Origin: Saccostrea cucullata
Lineage: Eukaryota
Direction of reading: 5' to 3'
Length of the DNA stretch: 64,000 bases
Assembly (NCBI RefSeq): GCF_032062105.1
Contig: NW_026918257.1
Location: forward strand, 62,001-126,000
This document shows, one piece after another, positions 12,865 through 25,560 of the stretch (its first letter is position 1; every line of letters begins with the position of its first letter). Both the position numbers and the translations under genes were made by a program. The notes beneath the pieces are model-generated. The model had not been told where the DNA came from and did no database searches. It worked only from the letters and a program-made list of their open reading frames with translations.

Positions 12865-14355
12865 AACAAGATGTGTTTGTGAAACACTATGCGCCCCGGT
12901 GGCAACAAAGTTCAAAAAAGCTATTCTAAGCATATAGGTAACAGTCAAGGTCATTGGCCTCGATGTCATTTGAAAGAACTTAATTAGTGGAGTATGCATA
13001 CCAAATACGAAGTCTCTATCTCCTATGGTTCAAAAGTTATGGTGAAAAGTCGAAAAAGCTATTTTTGGAATATAGGTCACTGTCAAGGTCACAAGGTCAT
13101 TGACCTTGGTGTCATTTGAAAGAACTTTATTAATGGAGTATGCATACCAAATATGAAGTCTCTATCTCTCAGAGTCCAAAAGTTTTGGCGAAGGTTAAAG
13201 TTCAGGCACGAATCGGAAATTTTTTCCAGGGGGGGGGGGGGTCCACCCCAGTCAAAAAAAAAATCCAATCCCAAAAATTTCTTGAAAAGCAAAAAAAAAA
13301 AAACAAAACAAAACATTAAACTCGCCCAAACGTTAAAAACCTACTTCGTTGGGGGGGGGGGGGGGGGGGGGGCTATGACACATGAAGTTGACAACAGACA
13401 GAGAGAAAGACAGGACAAAAACAATAATCGCCCTGCATCTATCGATCCGGGTGCATGACAATATGTGTGTGAAACACTGATGCCCCTATATGGAAACATA
13501 GCAAATGTTGAATTTTCTCAAATACAAATCAAATATGTTGGTACCCAAAGTAAGGTCTTCTCAAAAGAAATGTAATGGTAAAATATGAAAGCCCTAGCAC
13601 CACATGTTCAAAAGTTATGGCTGAGGTCAAAGTTTTTTAAAGGTTGGTCAAACTTCGGGGTCAAAGTTGTTGATTTCTAAAGAAAGGTCTTGTCGCAGAC
13701 ATAATATATTTTGAAGTATGAAAGCCCTATCCCTTAAAAAGTAAGGACCGTTGTTTAAAGTTTTGAAAAAGAGGGTAAAACTTCAAGGTCAAAGTTGTTG
13801 GTATTCAATGAAAGGTCTTGTCACAAGGATTATATATGTGAAGTATATAAGCCCTAGCCCCATCCGTTCAATAGATATGGCCAAGATCAAAGTTTTGTGA
13901 AAAGTAGATCAAACTCCAGGTCAATGTTGTTGGTTTTTAAGGAAAAGTCTTGTCACAAGGATTACATGTGTGAAGTGTGAATGTCCTAGCTCTTAATTAC
14001 TGTTCAAAACCTATGGCCAAGGTAAAAGTTTGTAAAAGTGGGTCAGTCTTCAAGGCCAAAAGGTCAGAGTTGTTGGACGGTATCCAATGAAAGATCTTTA
14101 CACATTTATAATATATATGTGAAGTATGAAAGTCCTAGCACCAACCGTTCAAAAATTATCGCCAAAGTAAAAGTTTGGAAATTCTGTGGTCCCCAAAGGA
14201 AGGTCGTGTAACAGGGAGTAAACATGTGAAATATGAAAGCCATCTCCACGCAGTTAAGGACAAGGTTAAATTTTTTGTGGACAAACAGATAAACAGACAG
14301 GGAAAAAATTTATATACTTGTACCCCCAAATCTTCGATTTTAAAGGGGGAATAAC
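12865..14355 (+). mobile_element. Two adjacent HINE-like elements (12865-13458 and 13460-14355)
   Basis: Heads AACAAGATGTGTTTGTGAAACACTATGCGCCC and ATGTGTGTGAAACACTGATGCCCC, internal tandem units, ACAG microsatellite tails and terminal hairpins. Confidence 0.7.
13203..13384. mobile_element. Small G-run-rich insertion with 5-bp TSD inside a HINE element
   Basis: AAGTT at 13198-13202 and 13385-13389. Removing the insert restores the host motif GGTTAAAGTTGACAACAGAC. TIRs are poor. Confidence 0.55.
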
Positions 14356-14999
14356 AACTTACATCCAAATCTTATTTATTCATCTAGTAATCTAATCAAT
14401 CCATTCATCTAGTAATCTAATCAACCCTTCTGTAAATGAGCAGTCTGGGAAGCTGTAGACTGATGAGGAGTGGATCGTGTCATAGGGCCATATGTTATAA
14501 ACTGATTTCATTGCAAAATCTTTTTGAAATATCGCTCAAATGGAAAGATTAACACTCTTACTGAATGTATGAATTTTCGACTTTGACCCCCAAATCAATG
14601 AGGGTCTTCCATAGATCAGAGGGAGTTGTGGTATACATTTTCAGTGCGAAAGCTCAAAGGCATCTAGAGATATTTCACGGAAAGGAAAGTATTAAAACAA
14701 TTTATGATCTGAACCTTTGTCTTTTATGTCGATGGGGAGTTACGTAAAATTTTATTGCCAAAGCTCAAACTTAAGACTACTCGAGATATTTTGCGGAAAC
14801 GGAAGTGTAACTAACAGACAAAAATACAGACAGACCGAAATTAATATCCCCCACTTTCAGTGAAAGCGGGAAACTATTACCACCACTTTGTGGTGGAGAG
14901 CTGCAATTTTAGACCTGTGCTTGACACAACCATTGAGAAGTGATGGTCTTTTTGTTTCAGATGCTTTAAACCGAGGTCCTCTGTCAAAGCAGGTCTGTT

Positions 15000-15735
15000 T
15001 CAAATATGGATATTTTACTTGAAAAGACGTTAATGGTAATCTAACAACCAAGCTTTATTATAAAACGTGATGACTTTAACTTTTCTATCGTCAACTTCCC
15101 TTACTGACGCAGCACCTGCTACGGAGTTTATGTATCTCAGTTGATTCGATACACGAGCATGCTCTAAGTTTCGAATCAATTTCTAAAACTAGGTAAATTA
15201 TTGACAAATAAGTTGATGAAACAAGAATATCAACAGTCTCGTTTAAAGTAATCATTTCGTAAGTTCTATGGTCGATACAAGGAATTTGTTTATCATTGAG
15301 TCAAATGTTGACTGACGTTTTTCACACTGATTGTTAGTCCATTATTTATACACTGAATTGACGACGGATTTTTCCGTTATTTCCCGATCATGACAAGGAG
15401 CACACGGCGGTGTGATCGGTGGGTAGGGGATGCTCACTCCTTCTTGGTACCTGATTCCACCTCTGATGGTTACAAAGGCGTCGGAACCGGTGGGCTAGGG
15501 GGTCTTAGCCCCCCCCCCCCTATTTTTTCTGCAAAGATATACATTAAATAGGCATTGAAAATTGGGGTTTACCTTCTTTTGTTGGTTTAGCCCCCCCTTT
15601 CAATTAACCCCCTCACTTTTAATTTGCTTCCGACGCCTATATGGGGTAGGAGATCCGTGTTTGCTATGCTCCTATTTTGTATTGTTTTATGGACTTTTGA
15701 TCTTGTATATACTGTTCGTTATCTCCATATGATTC
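15000..15735 (+). pseudogene. Degraded reverse-transcriptase C-terminal fragment of a Penelope-like retroelement
   Basis: Frameshifted translation gives DILLEKDVNGNLTTKLY / KRDDFNFSIVNFPY / GVYVSQLIRY / FRKFYGRY, motifs typical of this invertebrate RT family. Interrupted by a MITE at ~15472-15641. Confidence 0.7.
15472..15641. mobile_element. MITE with AGGCGTCGGAA / TTCCGACGCCT inverted ends
   Basis: 11-bp perfect inverted termini and internal AGCCCCCC repeats. TSD not clean. Confidence 0.55.
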
Positions 15736-16104
15736 ATGATCTAACCTAGATTGTCCGGATGAGTGATTTTAGCCATGCATATTTTAACCAAATATAAGTT
15801 CGGATGATGTATCCAGGGGATGGGTACTTCCCAATTTGATTAAAATCAGATCTTTGTATTGGACACTTCCAGAATTGCTTTGGATTTTGAATCTGACCTT
15901 TTCATCTATTATTTTCAGATGAGTGACCAGGGTTATGTGTTTAGAATAGCTATATAATATTATGGTCTGCTATGATAAAACTTGCAAAGATAGTGGAGCT
16001 AAGGGTGAAAACTTTCAGACTTATTTTGAATGCTTGAAGTGAAAAAAAATGCTCTCTTGATTACTTGGGGACAGGACCACCCCCAACCCACCCCCTGTAT
16101 AAAC

Positions 16105-16282
16105 AAAGGTCCCGTGTCGCAGTATAGATGCTGGCACGATAAAGATCCCTCCCTGCTCGGTGGCCCTGAGTGCCAAGTATAGGACAAAATTTGCAGCTCT
16201 CCACCGGCAAGTGGTGGCGTTTCCATATGTGTGAAACATTCTCGAGAGGGACTTTAAACAATATAAAATCAACCAATCAATC
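16105..16282 (+). mobile_element. 3' half of a bivalve-type SINE
   Basis: GGTCCCGTGTCGCAG...TGGCACGATAAAGATCCCTCCCTGCTC...TTCTCGAGAGGGACTTTAAAC with a (CAA[T/C])n tail. A related minus-strand fragment lies at ~14880-14950. Confidence 0.6.
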
Positions 16283-16401
16283 TGTTTTAGTATCAGAGAG
16301 TATGAATATTAGGCTACACTTTTAGCAGCATTTGATGTCGACCGCGATGCAAATTACATATACATTACTTCCGTTTCGCACAGAACATAACACACCCCAA
16401 A

Positions 16402-16598
16402 CACCGTGCATAACTCCACATATGGGGGCGCGGAATGGTGATATCACTGTGTTCCGCCGTAAGTGAATTTAGGATTACTTTCATCTCAATCACTGTAGGA
16501 AAGCTAATCAAGTCAAAGTACATTGCAAATTCCGCTTCGAATTCCGCACCCCCGTATGTCACCATTCCGCGCCCCCATATGTGGGGTTATGCACGGTG
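16402..16598. mobile_element. 197-bp MITE with ~42-bp TIRs starting CACCGTG and a 5-bp TSD (Transib/RAG-like)
   Basis: CACCGTGCATAACTCCACATATGGGGGCGCGGAATGGTGATAT matches ATGTCACCATTCCGCGCCCCCATATGTGGGGTTATGCACGGTG with 2 mismatches. CCAAA at 16397-16401 and 16599-16603. Confidence 0.85.
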
Positions 16599-17645
16599 CC
16601 AAACAAACTCCCCCAAACCCCAACCCCAACCAAACTTTCTCTAGCTTATAAAATTAAATAAACACATTTTAGAAGGATTCAAACACTGGTTTTATTTTGT
16701 TCTACGATTGCGCATTTTACAATTTTTAATAAAAACATATTTTATTCTATTTTAATATTTTATCAATGTAATCTTCTGCTGGGACTCCTATTCGATCACT
16801 TCTTTTTCAGGTTGATTTTTAAGTATTCACTCCGTTTACATGTTGTTTTTTTTAGAATATTCTCCATTTACAGTATGATTTCCTGATATTTACTTCTTTA
16901 CAGGTTGATTTCTAGGTCTGGACCTATACTTGCACTGACGTCACTTTCAACCCAGCTGACATGTATCTCCGAGTCATTTAAGCTTCGTCCCTTTAAACAA
17001 AATTTTACATATTCTATAAAATACTTATCTAGGTTAATTAATTTCTCATTTAAGTTATGAGAAGAAGGTTTTAAAAACTAAATGGAATGTACAATTTATA
17101 AATACCTTGACGGTCGGAGTTTTTCTGAATTCAATATACATCAGCCAAAGATAGACCAGCTCCATTAATACAAGCGACACCAGTCCCTAGGGTTTATTGA
17201 AAAAAGGTAGAATTGCGAATTATATAAAGGAGATTTCCGTAATAATTTGTATTATTATACATATACCTCTATTGATTTTTTTTGTTATATAAAAATTAGG
17301 TAGTTAAATGTGAAAAGTTCCCCTCGACCTGTTCTATTTCCCTCAATCGGCTGCGCCACAGGAAATAGTCCTGGTCCTGGGGAACTGGAATCTTGCTAAC
17401 TCCCTCAATGATATTCTTTAACTGTATATTAATTAACAACGAAAACCAGTTAATCGTCGAATGGTGCGACTATCTAACATTTTCATGTAATACATGTAGT
17501 AGCAGTTGCATGCATTGATGGATTTGATGCGTTGTAAAACTGGGGGTACTGTGAGCACCGGGGTCATTAGATTGATACCCCTACCTTCCTATGATTATAA
17601 TGACAAAGTTCGTGTTTTCTGTGAGACCCGGATTAAGTGTCAGAT

Positions 17646-17964
17646 CAGGCGCGTAGCATCGTTTCTGAAAGGAGGGGCAGCCAGAGAATTTTTTTTTTTA
17701 CGTTTTTTTACTTAACTGAAAAAGTTGACAATCAAAAAAAAAAAAAGGGAAAAGTTGCCCAAAGTCGAAAATCCTATTGGGGTGGGGTGGGGGGAGGGTA
17801 GAGGCTAACTTTTCTCAATGTCAATTACTTTTAGTAACAATTTTTCATACTACAATTCTCGTACATCACTAATAGTGGGGGGCCAACTAGACTTTCAATT
17901 AACATTTCCTATACTATGAGTACTTCAGTATACTGTATACTGCCCCCCTGTTGCTACGCCCCTG
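17646..17964. mobile_element. MITE with CAGG ends and 5-bp TSD CAGAT
   Basis: CAGGCGCGTAGCA / TGCTACGCCCCTG termini. CAGAT at 17641-45 and 17965-69. Removing it restores the host repeat AAGTGTCAGATCAAGAGTAAA (compare the uninterrupted copy near 31270). Confidence 0.8.
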
Positions 17965-18294
17965 CAGATCAAGAGTAAAATATGCACAACTGCATTATGT
18001 AAGAAGGAATCTGTGAAAGTATCATTAAACTTTATTCAGTGGTATAGGATGAGATATATGCGGATAAAAAGATGGGTAGCCTCCAATATTATATAAACAA
18101 TGGCAGTGGGAAATCCAAAATATGTGGAGGAGAATTTTAATCATAAAGTAAAACTAGAGGTACTGTGAGCTCTGAGTTCACTAAATGATACCCCCGCTCC
18201 CATATGATTATAATGGCAAAGTTTATGTTTTGTTCTGAAGGATCCGTAATAAGTGTTAATTAATGCTTTGTAATAACATGTATATTTAAATATA

Positions 18295-18477
18295 TACGAA
18301 AGCCTAGCTATTAGTACAAAAGCCTATATATAATAGGATCAATCTATGGAGAAAATTTTTTTAAAGGGCGTTATAACGCCTTTCGAAAAGGCGTAATAAC
18401 GCGAAAAAGGCGTTTTTTCGCGTTATAACACCTTATAAATTTTTTTCTCTTTAGATTGATCCTAATAGGCTTTCGTA
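18295..18477. repeat. Foldback inverted repeat (Crypton-like non-autonomous end)
   Basis: TACGAAAGCCTA..TAGGATCAATCTA..GTTATAACGC pairs with GCGTTATAAC..TAGATTGATCCTA..TAGGCTTTCGTA. Confidence 0.6.
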
Positions 18478-19438
18478 AATATGATTGAAAAGCAAATTTA
18501 AAGGTCACGTGAGTGTGTATATCTGGATTTTAAAGTAGAGGGTTCATCGTGAGGCAAAAAGTGTGTTATAAATATTACTCACTATGATAATCCTGATGTC
18601 GAACGGATTTGAACAGTTTGTATCCCTATCACAACCCGCAAAATCTGAGAGTGTTACAACATCCCAAAGGGATACTTCTGGTTCATTGCTAAAAAAAATA
18701 TAATTATGATCTGAAGATATTTTAACAGCGGAAGACATGCAAAACAAGTTACTTGTAACCTTTTGTAAGGAAATTCTTTAAATTATTACATAGAGATTTT
18801 CTGCTATCAAAAATATAAACAATACGAGATACTGTAAATAACTGTCATGAAATGCACCTACCAGTTCAGAAACTCATACATAGGATGAAGTAAAGCAGGC
18901 ATTATCGCAAGTTTAGATGCCGAATAGCTAAAAATCCTTAAAGACTTAAAAAATTTCATTGTTTCTGTTCTCTAGCTTGGGCTTATTGTGACGTCTTTTA
19001 TTGTCTTATTGTGACGTCAAAGATTAAAAAATGTAATGAAATATAAAGAGTTCTATAATGAATTGCCGTGTGTTGCTGCGTATCATAGTAATTAAATAAT
19101 AAAAATAAATAATGATAAAATTTACTTGATAAACATACTAAAACATTTTTCCTTCTTATCTTACAGTGTACAACAATTTCAATTTCGGGATTGAACGATG
19201 TTGGTCCGAATTTTACCCTCTCCTTGTCCAAACCCGATGGAAATTAATCGTGTTGCCTGATGAAGAGATCAAGAGTTTCTCTTGAGTGCATCGGTTGTTA
19301 ACAACAAAATTTTAGCTCAGAGATAATTATACAAGGTAATCAATATTGCTGAATTTTTGAGCTAGGAACCCCTAGTATTACTAGTATTACTAGTATTATC
19401 TCTGCTTGAGAAAATTCGGACAGATAAAGCTGATAGCT

Positions 19439-19562
19439 CACAGGGGCTTGTGTAGAGAAAATAAATCAGTTTATAAAAAATTGTACCTCGGAGAAAAAAA
19501 CACTTTATCTCCGAGGTACTAATTTTTTTAACCGATTTATTTTCTCTACACAAGCCCCTGTG
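19439..19562. repeat. Near-perfect ~55-bp-stem hairpin
   Basis: CACAGGGGCTTGTGTAGAGAAAATAAATC..GTACCTCGGAGA / TCTCCGAGGTAC..GATTTATTTTCTCTACACAAGCCCCTGTG, preceded by (CTAGTATTA)x3. Confidence 0.8.
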
Positions 19563-20594
19563 TTTCAGGTATTAGAAATAATTCAGAAATTATCGTTTCA
19601 ATTTTCACACGAAAAATGCCTCACTAATAGTAATATAAACCAGCATTTCAGGTTGACATAAAAAACACTAGGTTTTTAAACCCCCAAAACACCAGCTGGG
19701 GTACAAATTTTTTTAAAAACCCAGACTGGCATACCTTTCTCTGTTATAATGTAATATTTACATTTGCAAATGTTTTCCTTTATATAACACTACTGAAGGC
19801 AAGCGTTTTTATAACTGTGTAAATACAGGTATGGGGTATTAGAGGTCATAGATGTGCAGAAATTAACGTTTCAATTTTCTGTGACGTCATAAAGGTCGAC
19901 GCGCGTATAGTGGATTACATACATGCCGTTGGGTTTGAAAAATAAACGCATTTCACACGTTAAAAGTAAAAAAAATATAAAGTATGAATAAGTCACAAAT
20001 GTAAATATAAGTAATAAGGTATCAAGTTTTTTTTTTTAAAACCCAGAAGCCCTTCGGGCTTTGGCATACCTTTCTCTGTCAAAAAATATAATTTCTTATT
20101 AAAGGGGGTATTTTTGTGTGAAACATAAGGCCGGGTTCTGTCCACGTGCAAGTACCTGTGATACTGTGCTAGGGATACCCAATACTCAAGTTTTTTTGGT
20201 CTATCTGATTCATGTAGATCTATTTGTCTTTTGAAACAAAGTTATATTCTATCAATCTATTGATATGTTTTTTTTAAAGTAAGAAAATGTACATTTTTAT
20301 TAATCCACAGGTATTCCTCAGCTGTAAAACTTTTTAATTGAAAATCTTACGTCACATGGAATAATTAGTACTTTTTGCCCAAACTAACAATAATGTATAA
20401 GTCTAGAATTTTTTGTTTCAATGTAACATATTTATTTTTACATTACAGTATTCAAAATATGTTTTAAGTTAGTTTTTGTTTTGAATAATAAATACCAGTA
20501 AATAAATTCTATTCTTTCACCACATCCTATTTGGTATCATGTTGTATGGTTAATCTTTCTTTATGTACATGTATATGTTGTAGATCTGATAGAT

Positions 20595-23500
20595 ATGGAG
20601 GAGAAGAAGAGAGAGAGACAAGAGTTTATAGAGGAGACTAAGACATTCTTACAGACATGCCAGAACACCTTCAGCAATATCCTGCAACAAATGGACTGGT
20701 CACCTTCCCATTTTATACAGGTACATGTATTATACAGGTAAATGTATTACTTTAAATGTGCGTAATTTATCCCCAGATCTTATTCTTTAACCAGTTTGAA
20801 AAGTCAATACATTCTCATGTCTATATTTTGTTTTAGAAACAAAAGAATTTAATGTAGTTATTCTGAAATCAATTTTATAATCTTGATCACTACATGTATT
20901 ATTTTAATATAATTCTTTTAATTATTCAATTTTATAATCTTGATCACTATAAGTATTATTTTATCATCATTATTTAATACTTCAATTAAGCAAAAGGAGA
21001 TGGGAGTATGCTGCTTTGATCCAGGACATATAATGAGTAAGGAGGAATTGAAGAAACATGAGCCAATATGTAGGTTTACCTCTAGAGGGGTCCCAAAAAC
21101 AGAGGCTCGGGTAACTATTGCATATATACTTGTTAGTCTTGTTAACCCCCTTCCCCGCAGTCACGCATTTTAACGCATATACCATTTCCTATATCTATAA
21201 ACGCAAAATCACGCATTTACCGTTTCCCCGCAATCACGCATTTTCACGCACTTTAAAAAGTTCAATAAATCTTCAATTTATTGCCAAATTCCAACTATTT
21301 TATACTTGCTCAAATCTAATAAAATAAGAAAATTTATTTTCTAATTAAAATATTACGTTATGATATTATTTTTTTGTACCCTTAGAAAGTGCTTTTTAGT
21401 GATGTTGCTTAACAATTCTGTAAGTTGTAAAGAGTTAAACTGCAACATGATAATGTAAATTTTTTGTATTATTTTAGTGAGAAGTGACTAATACATTTGT
21501 GATTGGGCAATTTAATTACCAGGTAGATTGGTGATCAGGTTACTTTGTGAATGACAATTGTTAGGTAAACCATTCCATTAGGAATAAAGTAAGAGAAACA
21601 TGTTTAAGCAAGATGTGTTTGTAAAACTCTGATGTCCCCATATGACAAGCATGACAGCTTTTGGCAAAGGTTGAAATTTCTCAAATGCAAGTCAAACTTC
21701 AAGATCAAGGGATGAAAAATGTTGTTACCCATTAACCCAAAGAAAAGACCTGTTATCAATGATTTTACTTGTAAAATATGAAAACCCAAGCACGGACTAT
21801 TAAAAAGCCATGGCCAAGATTGTGGGCTAAACATGAGCAAGGTTAGGGTCAAAGGGGCAAGTTAAAGGTACTGAAGGAAAGGCCTTACCATAAGAAATAC
21901 ACGAGTGAAATATTAAAGCCCTAGCTAGCACCAGTTGTTCAAAAGCTATGGTCAAAGTTGATATTTTTCCTCAGTAGTCAAACTCCAAAGTCAAGGTTAA
22001 AATTGTTTTATTCAATGAAAGAATACACCTGTGAAATATGAAGGTCCTGATACTAACTGTCCAAAAAAGTTATAGTCCAATGTAAAAGTTTTTAAAAGTG
22101 GCAAAAAAAGGTAAAAAATAATTATATCCATAGAAAGATCTTATTACAATAAATACATGTACACACATAAAGTTTGAAAGCCCCAGCACCAATTGTTCAA
22201 AAGTTATGACTAAGGTTAAAGTTGAATTAATTATAGCAAAATTGGGTCAAATGTCAGGTCAAGTTCAAGAGTTCAAATACTGTTGTCCCCCCCCTCCCCC
22301 CCCAAAAAAAAGGCATGTCACAAGAAATACAAATAAGATGACAGCCATAGCTTCAGCCAATCAAAAGTTATGTCCATTGTTAAAGTTTTGTGGACAGACA
22401 GACACACAGATGAACAAAAAACTATTTACACTATGAATCTTTGATTACTGGGGATTTACTACCAGGTGAAAATAAAAGAAATCTGTATATTACTTGAGAT
22501 GGTGTGTTTGATTTGAAATAATTGATTTCTTTTATATCTTGTGTAAAATATTTTTAGGATGAATCCAAGAAAACATCACAGTTTTTCTACAGGAATATAA
22601 ACAGTGTCTGCAATGTTCCTATTGGTATGCATCAATATATCATCTAGCATTAAATTGTTAAACAATTGAAATGTTTGGTTTCCATGCCAGTTCTCCAAAG
22701 AATTCTCTCCTATTTTGATACTGCTATAAATTGAAAAAAAAAATATAATGTAATGATTTGTAGACAAGGAGACATTAAACAAAGTGCTGTGGGAGCATCA
22801 TGTGGAAAACCACTCAAGTAAGAAATTGCTTGCTATCTTTGATGATAATCTCTGTATAAATAACTTACAAGAACAGAGCGGGATTGTAATTACAATACCT
22901 AATAATATATGCATTATTTTCTTAAAGAATTTATACTGTGAGAATAGATTCTGTGTATTTTACAGAAATACTCATGGTATAAACTGGACCATGTAAGGAA
23001 ACATACCTATATCAGTATTTTTTTCATGTGCAGTTTTTTATGGCAAGAGTGAAGTCCCTTTGACAACAGAAGAGGAAACCAGTTTGCTTACGCCAAGTGA
23101 ACGTGGTGCTCTTCATAGTTATATAATAAATAAAGCCAAAGAACAACGAAATATTCAAGGACTGGAAACAGATACTCTGCTCACTGCAGATTTTCAAGAA
23201 ATTGTTAAAAAGAAAGCTTTAGGTAATGGGAAAAATTCTGTTGAAATGCTAAGTATATCCTCTTCAAATTATGATGCAAGCTTTAGTAAATAAAGATTGC
23301 TTTTAAAGATTTTATTGAGAAAAGAAATCTGTTGATGTGCCTTTAACACTATCTTGAAATTTTATGTGTTTACAGAGGGACAGAATAGTAAGCCTACAAG
23401 TTACACTGAGTATCTGAAGGCCATGAGAGACTACAAGAGAAGGAGACAGTCTTACAGAGCAAAGAATGTACACATCACAAGGAAATCTTATACAGAGGTA

Positions 23501-24041
23501 CATGTTATGTTCAAACTAGAGTTATAGTAAGACAACTTCTCAATCTTACCATGTTGAAGTTATTAAAACAGTTGTTCTTTTTTACATTGTTTTGGTATTA
23601 AACTTCCTCTTCATGTTTTTTGGTATTTAGATCATCAAGGAAGTAATTGAAAATCAAACAGAATATCTCACTGAGATATTAAAACAAGACCAACAAGGTG
23701 ACCAACAGGCAACAGAAAGAGATAAATCAACAGAGCTCACACAGGACTTAAAGGACACTATCACAGAGAAGATAGACGGAAGACAAAATGAGAATTCTGA
23801 TGTCCATCAAAAGAGAAGCTTAGATACTTCTTATCACAGAAGTAAACACAGGAGCAGAAGTCGTGAAAGAAGTCGACACAGAGAAAGGGACACAAAGCAT
23901 GATATGGACAGGGAAAGAAACACAAAGAAAATACCAGAGTATAGAAGCAGAAGCAGGGAGCATAGAAGCAGAGAGCAAAGCAGGGATAAACATAAACACA
24001 AGCACAAACACAAGCATAAACACAAAAAATCTGAACACTGA
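20595..24041 (+). CDS. SNRNP48: U11/U12 small nuclear ribonucleoprotein 48 kDa protein, 362 aa
   Basis: Exons 20595-20720, 20991-21110, 22558-22624, 22764-22817, 23034-23222, 23376-23497, 23631-24041. All introns are GT-AG and the frame is continuous (1089 nt). CHHC zinc finger CCFDPGHIM..LKKHEPIC, signature RDYKRRRQSYRAKNVHITRKSYTE, RS/KH-rich tail. AATAAA at 24083. Confidence 0.93.
21605..22460 (+). mobile_element. Degraded HINE-like element in SNRNP48 intron 2
   Basis: Head CAAGATGTGTTTGTAAAACTCTGATGTCCCC, internal units and a GGACAGACAGAC tail. Confidence 0.6.
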
Positions 24042-24664
24042 TTTTATTTCATGCTTGTTTACTAGTCTACAAATGTTTTGCTAATAAAATTTGAGTTGCA
24101 TATATTTATTGTGACTTTATTAATCAATTCCAAAATTGACCTATATTTTTTACTCTACATTAGATTGGACCCCTGGTCATTCACATGTATGGTGATGGTG
24201 TTTGAACTGCAGGGAAAAGCTGCATAGCATTTGCACAATCTTTCAGCACTATAAAGTTATCTTTTTACTCTAGATTGTAAGATTAATTTCATTCACCAAA
24301 AAAATTTTATTATTTGTTTCAACAGCTACAGAGCCATATTGTTCTATCTGAACAGAAAGTTAAAATTTTAGATTACTGTATTTGATTTTAAAATATATTA
24401 TTGGCAAAAGTGTGTTACAGTTTCCTAAGTGTAAGTCATATTAAAGCAATTTCAAGGGCTGTGCTTCTAATGCTTCAAAATCCTGAAGGGACAGGGACAT
24501 GTTTAGTTCTTACAGAGAGAATTAAAAAAAAAAATCAATGTACATTTTAAAATATTTGAATTGAAAATATGAACAAAAAAAAAAAAAAACAATTGGCTTG
24601 CAGAAAAAATGCCCACTAGCTGCCACCAAAAAAAGAGCTTGAGGTGATATTTGAGACTTTCTGT

Positions 24665-25560
24665 ATTTTTAGATCACCTGAGTAACTCAGGTGACCTATT
24701 AATTGCTATCCGTTTTCATCCGTCGTCGTGTGTTGTGCATTGTGTGTTAACATTTGAACATTTTCAGCTTCTCTGAAACCACTGAACCAATTTCAACCAA
24801 ATTTGGTGATACAGCATCTATGGGTGAAGGGGAACAAAAATAGTGAATCTTATGATCCCCACCCCTGAGGGGTGGGGCCAAAGCCACTAAAATTATTGCA
24901 ATCTTGAAAAATCTTCTTCTTTACTCCTGGACATCAAGCTGGCAAACTGTTGACATGAATGTAATGAGCATTGAGTCCACTACCAAAATTGTGAAATTCA
25001 TGGCCCTGGGGTCAGGGGCGGGGCTATACTCTACTATATAGTGAAAATGCATGATTTCTTTGAAAATCTTCTCTGCTCCTGGGTATTAAATAAAGTAACC
25101 AAGCACATAATTATGATGAGCAAGAGTGCCTCTTCCAAAATTGTGAATTTTGTGGCCCCAGGGTCAGGGGTTCTGGTGTTAGGGTGGGGCCCTATTGATT
25201 ATATAGTGAAAATGCATTAATTCTTTGAAAATCTTCTTCTCTGCTCCTAGGTAAAAATAAACTATGTAAGAACATAGTTATGTTGAGCAAGAGTGCCTCT
25301 TTCAAAATTTTGAACTTTATGGGGACCCAGGGTCATGGGTTCTGGTGTTAGGACGGGACTCTATTGATTATGTAGTGAAAATACATTAATTCTTTGAAAA
25401 TCTTTTCCTTTGCTCCTGGGTTTTATGCCAATTATGATCCAATTATATACATGTATATTTATGATGAAGAAAGGTGCATCTAGCAAAATGGTTATTTTTT
25501 ATCCCCCCCCCCCCCGGGTCGGGGGTGGGGGATGGAGTACATAGTCTGAAAATAAATTAA
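24665..25560 (-). mobile_element. HINE-like element carrying ~166-bp Cg170-like satellite units
   Basis: Terminal hairpin TCACCTGAGT-A-ACTCAGGTGA and a CGT microsatellite at the left end. GTGAAAAT(G/A)CAT recurs at ~25041, 25206 and 25375. Confidence 0.65.

Noticed and set aside
21142-21438. piggyBac-like MITE (TTAA-CCC start, TCACGCATT repeats)
   Set aside because: The right TIR matches too poorly to define an element.
23863-24084. ORF MKEVDTEK... as the SNRNP48 C-terminus
   Set aside because: It is the wrong frame. Splicing from 23497 to 23631 gives the RS/KH-rich frame ending at TGA 24039-24041.
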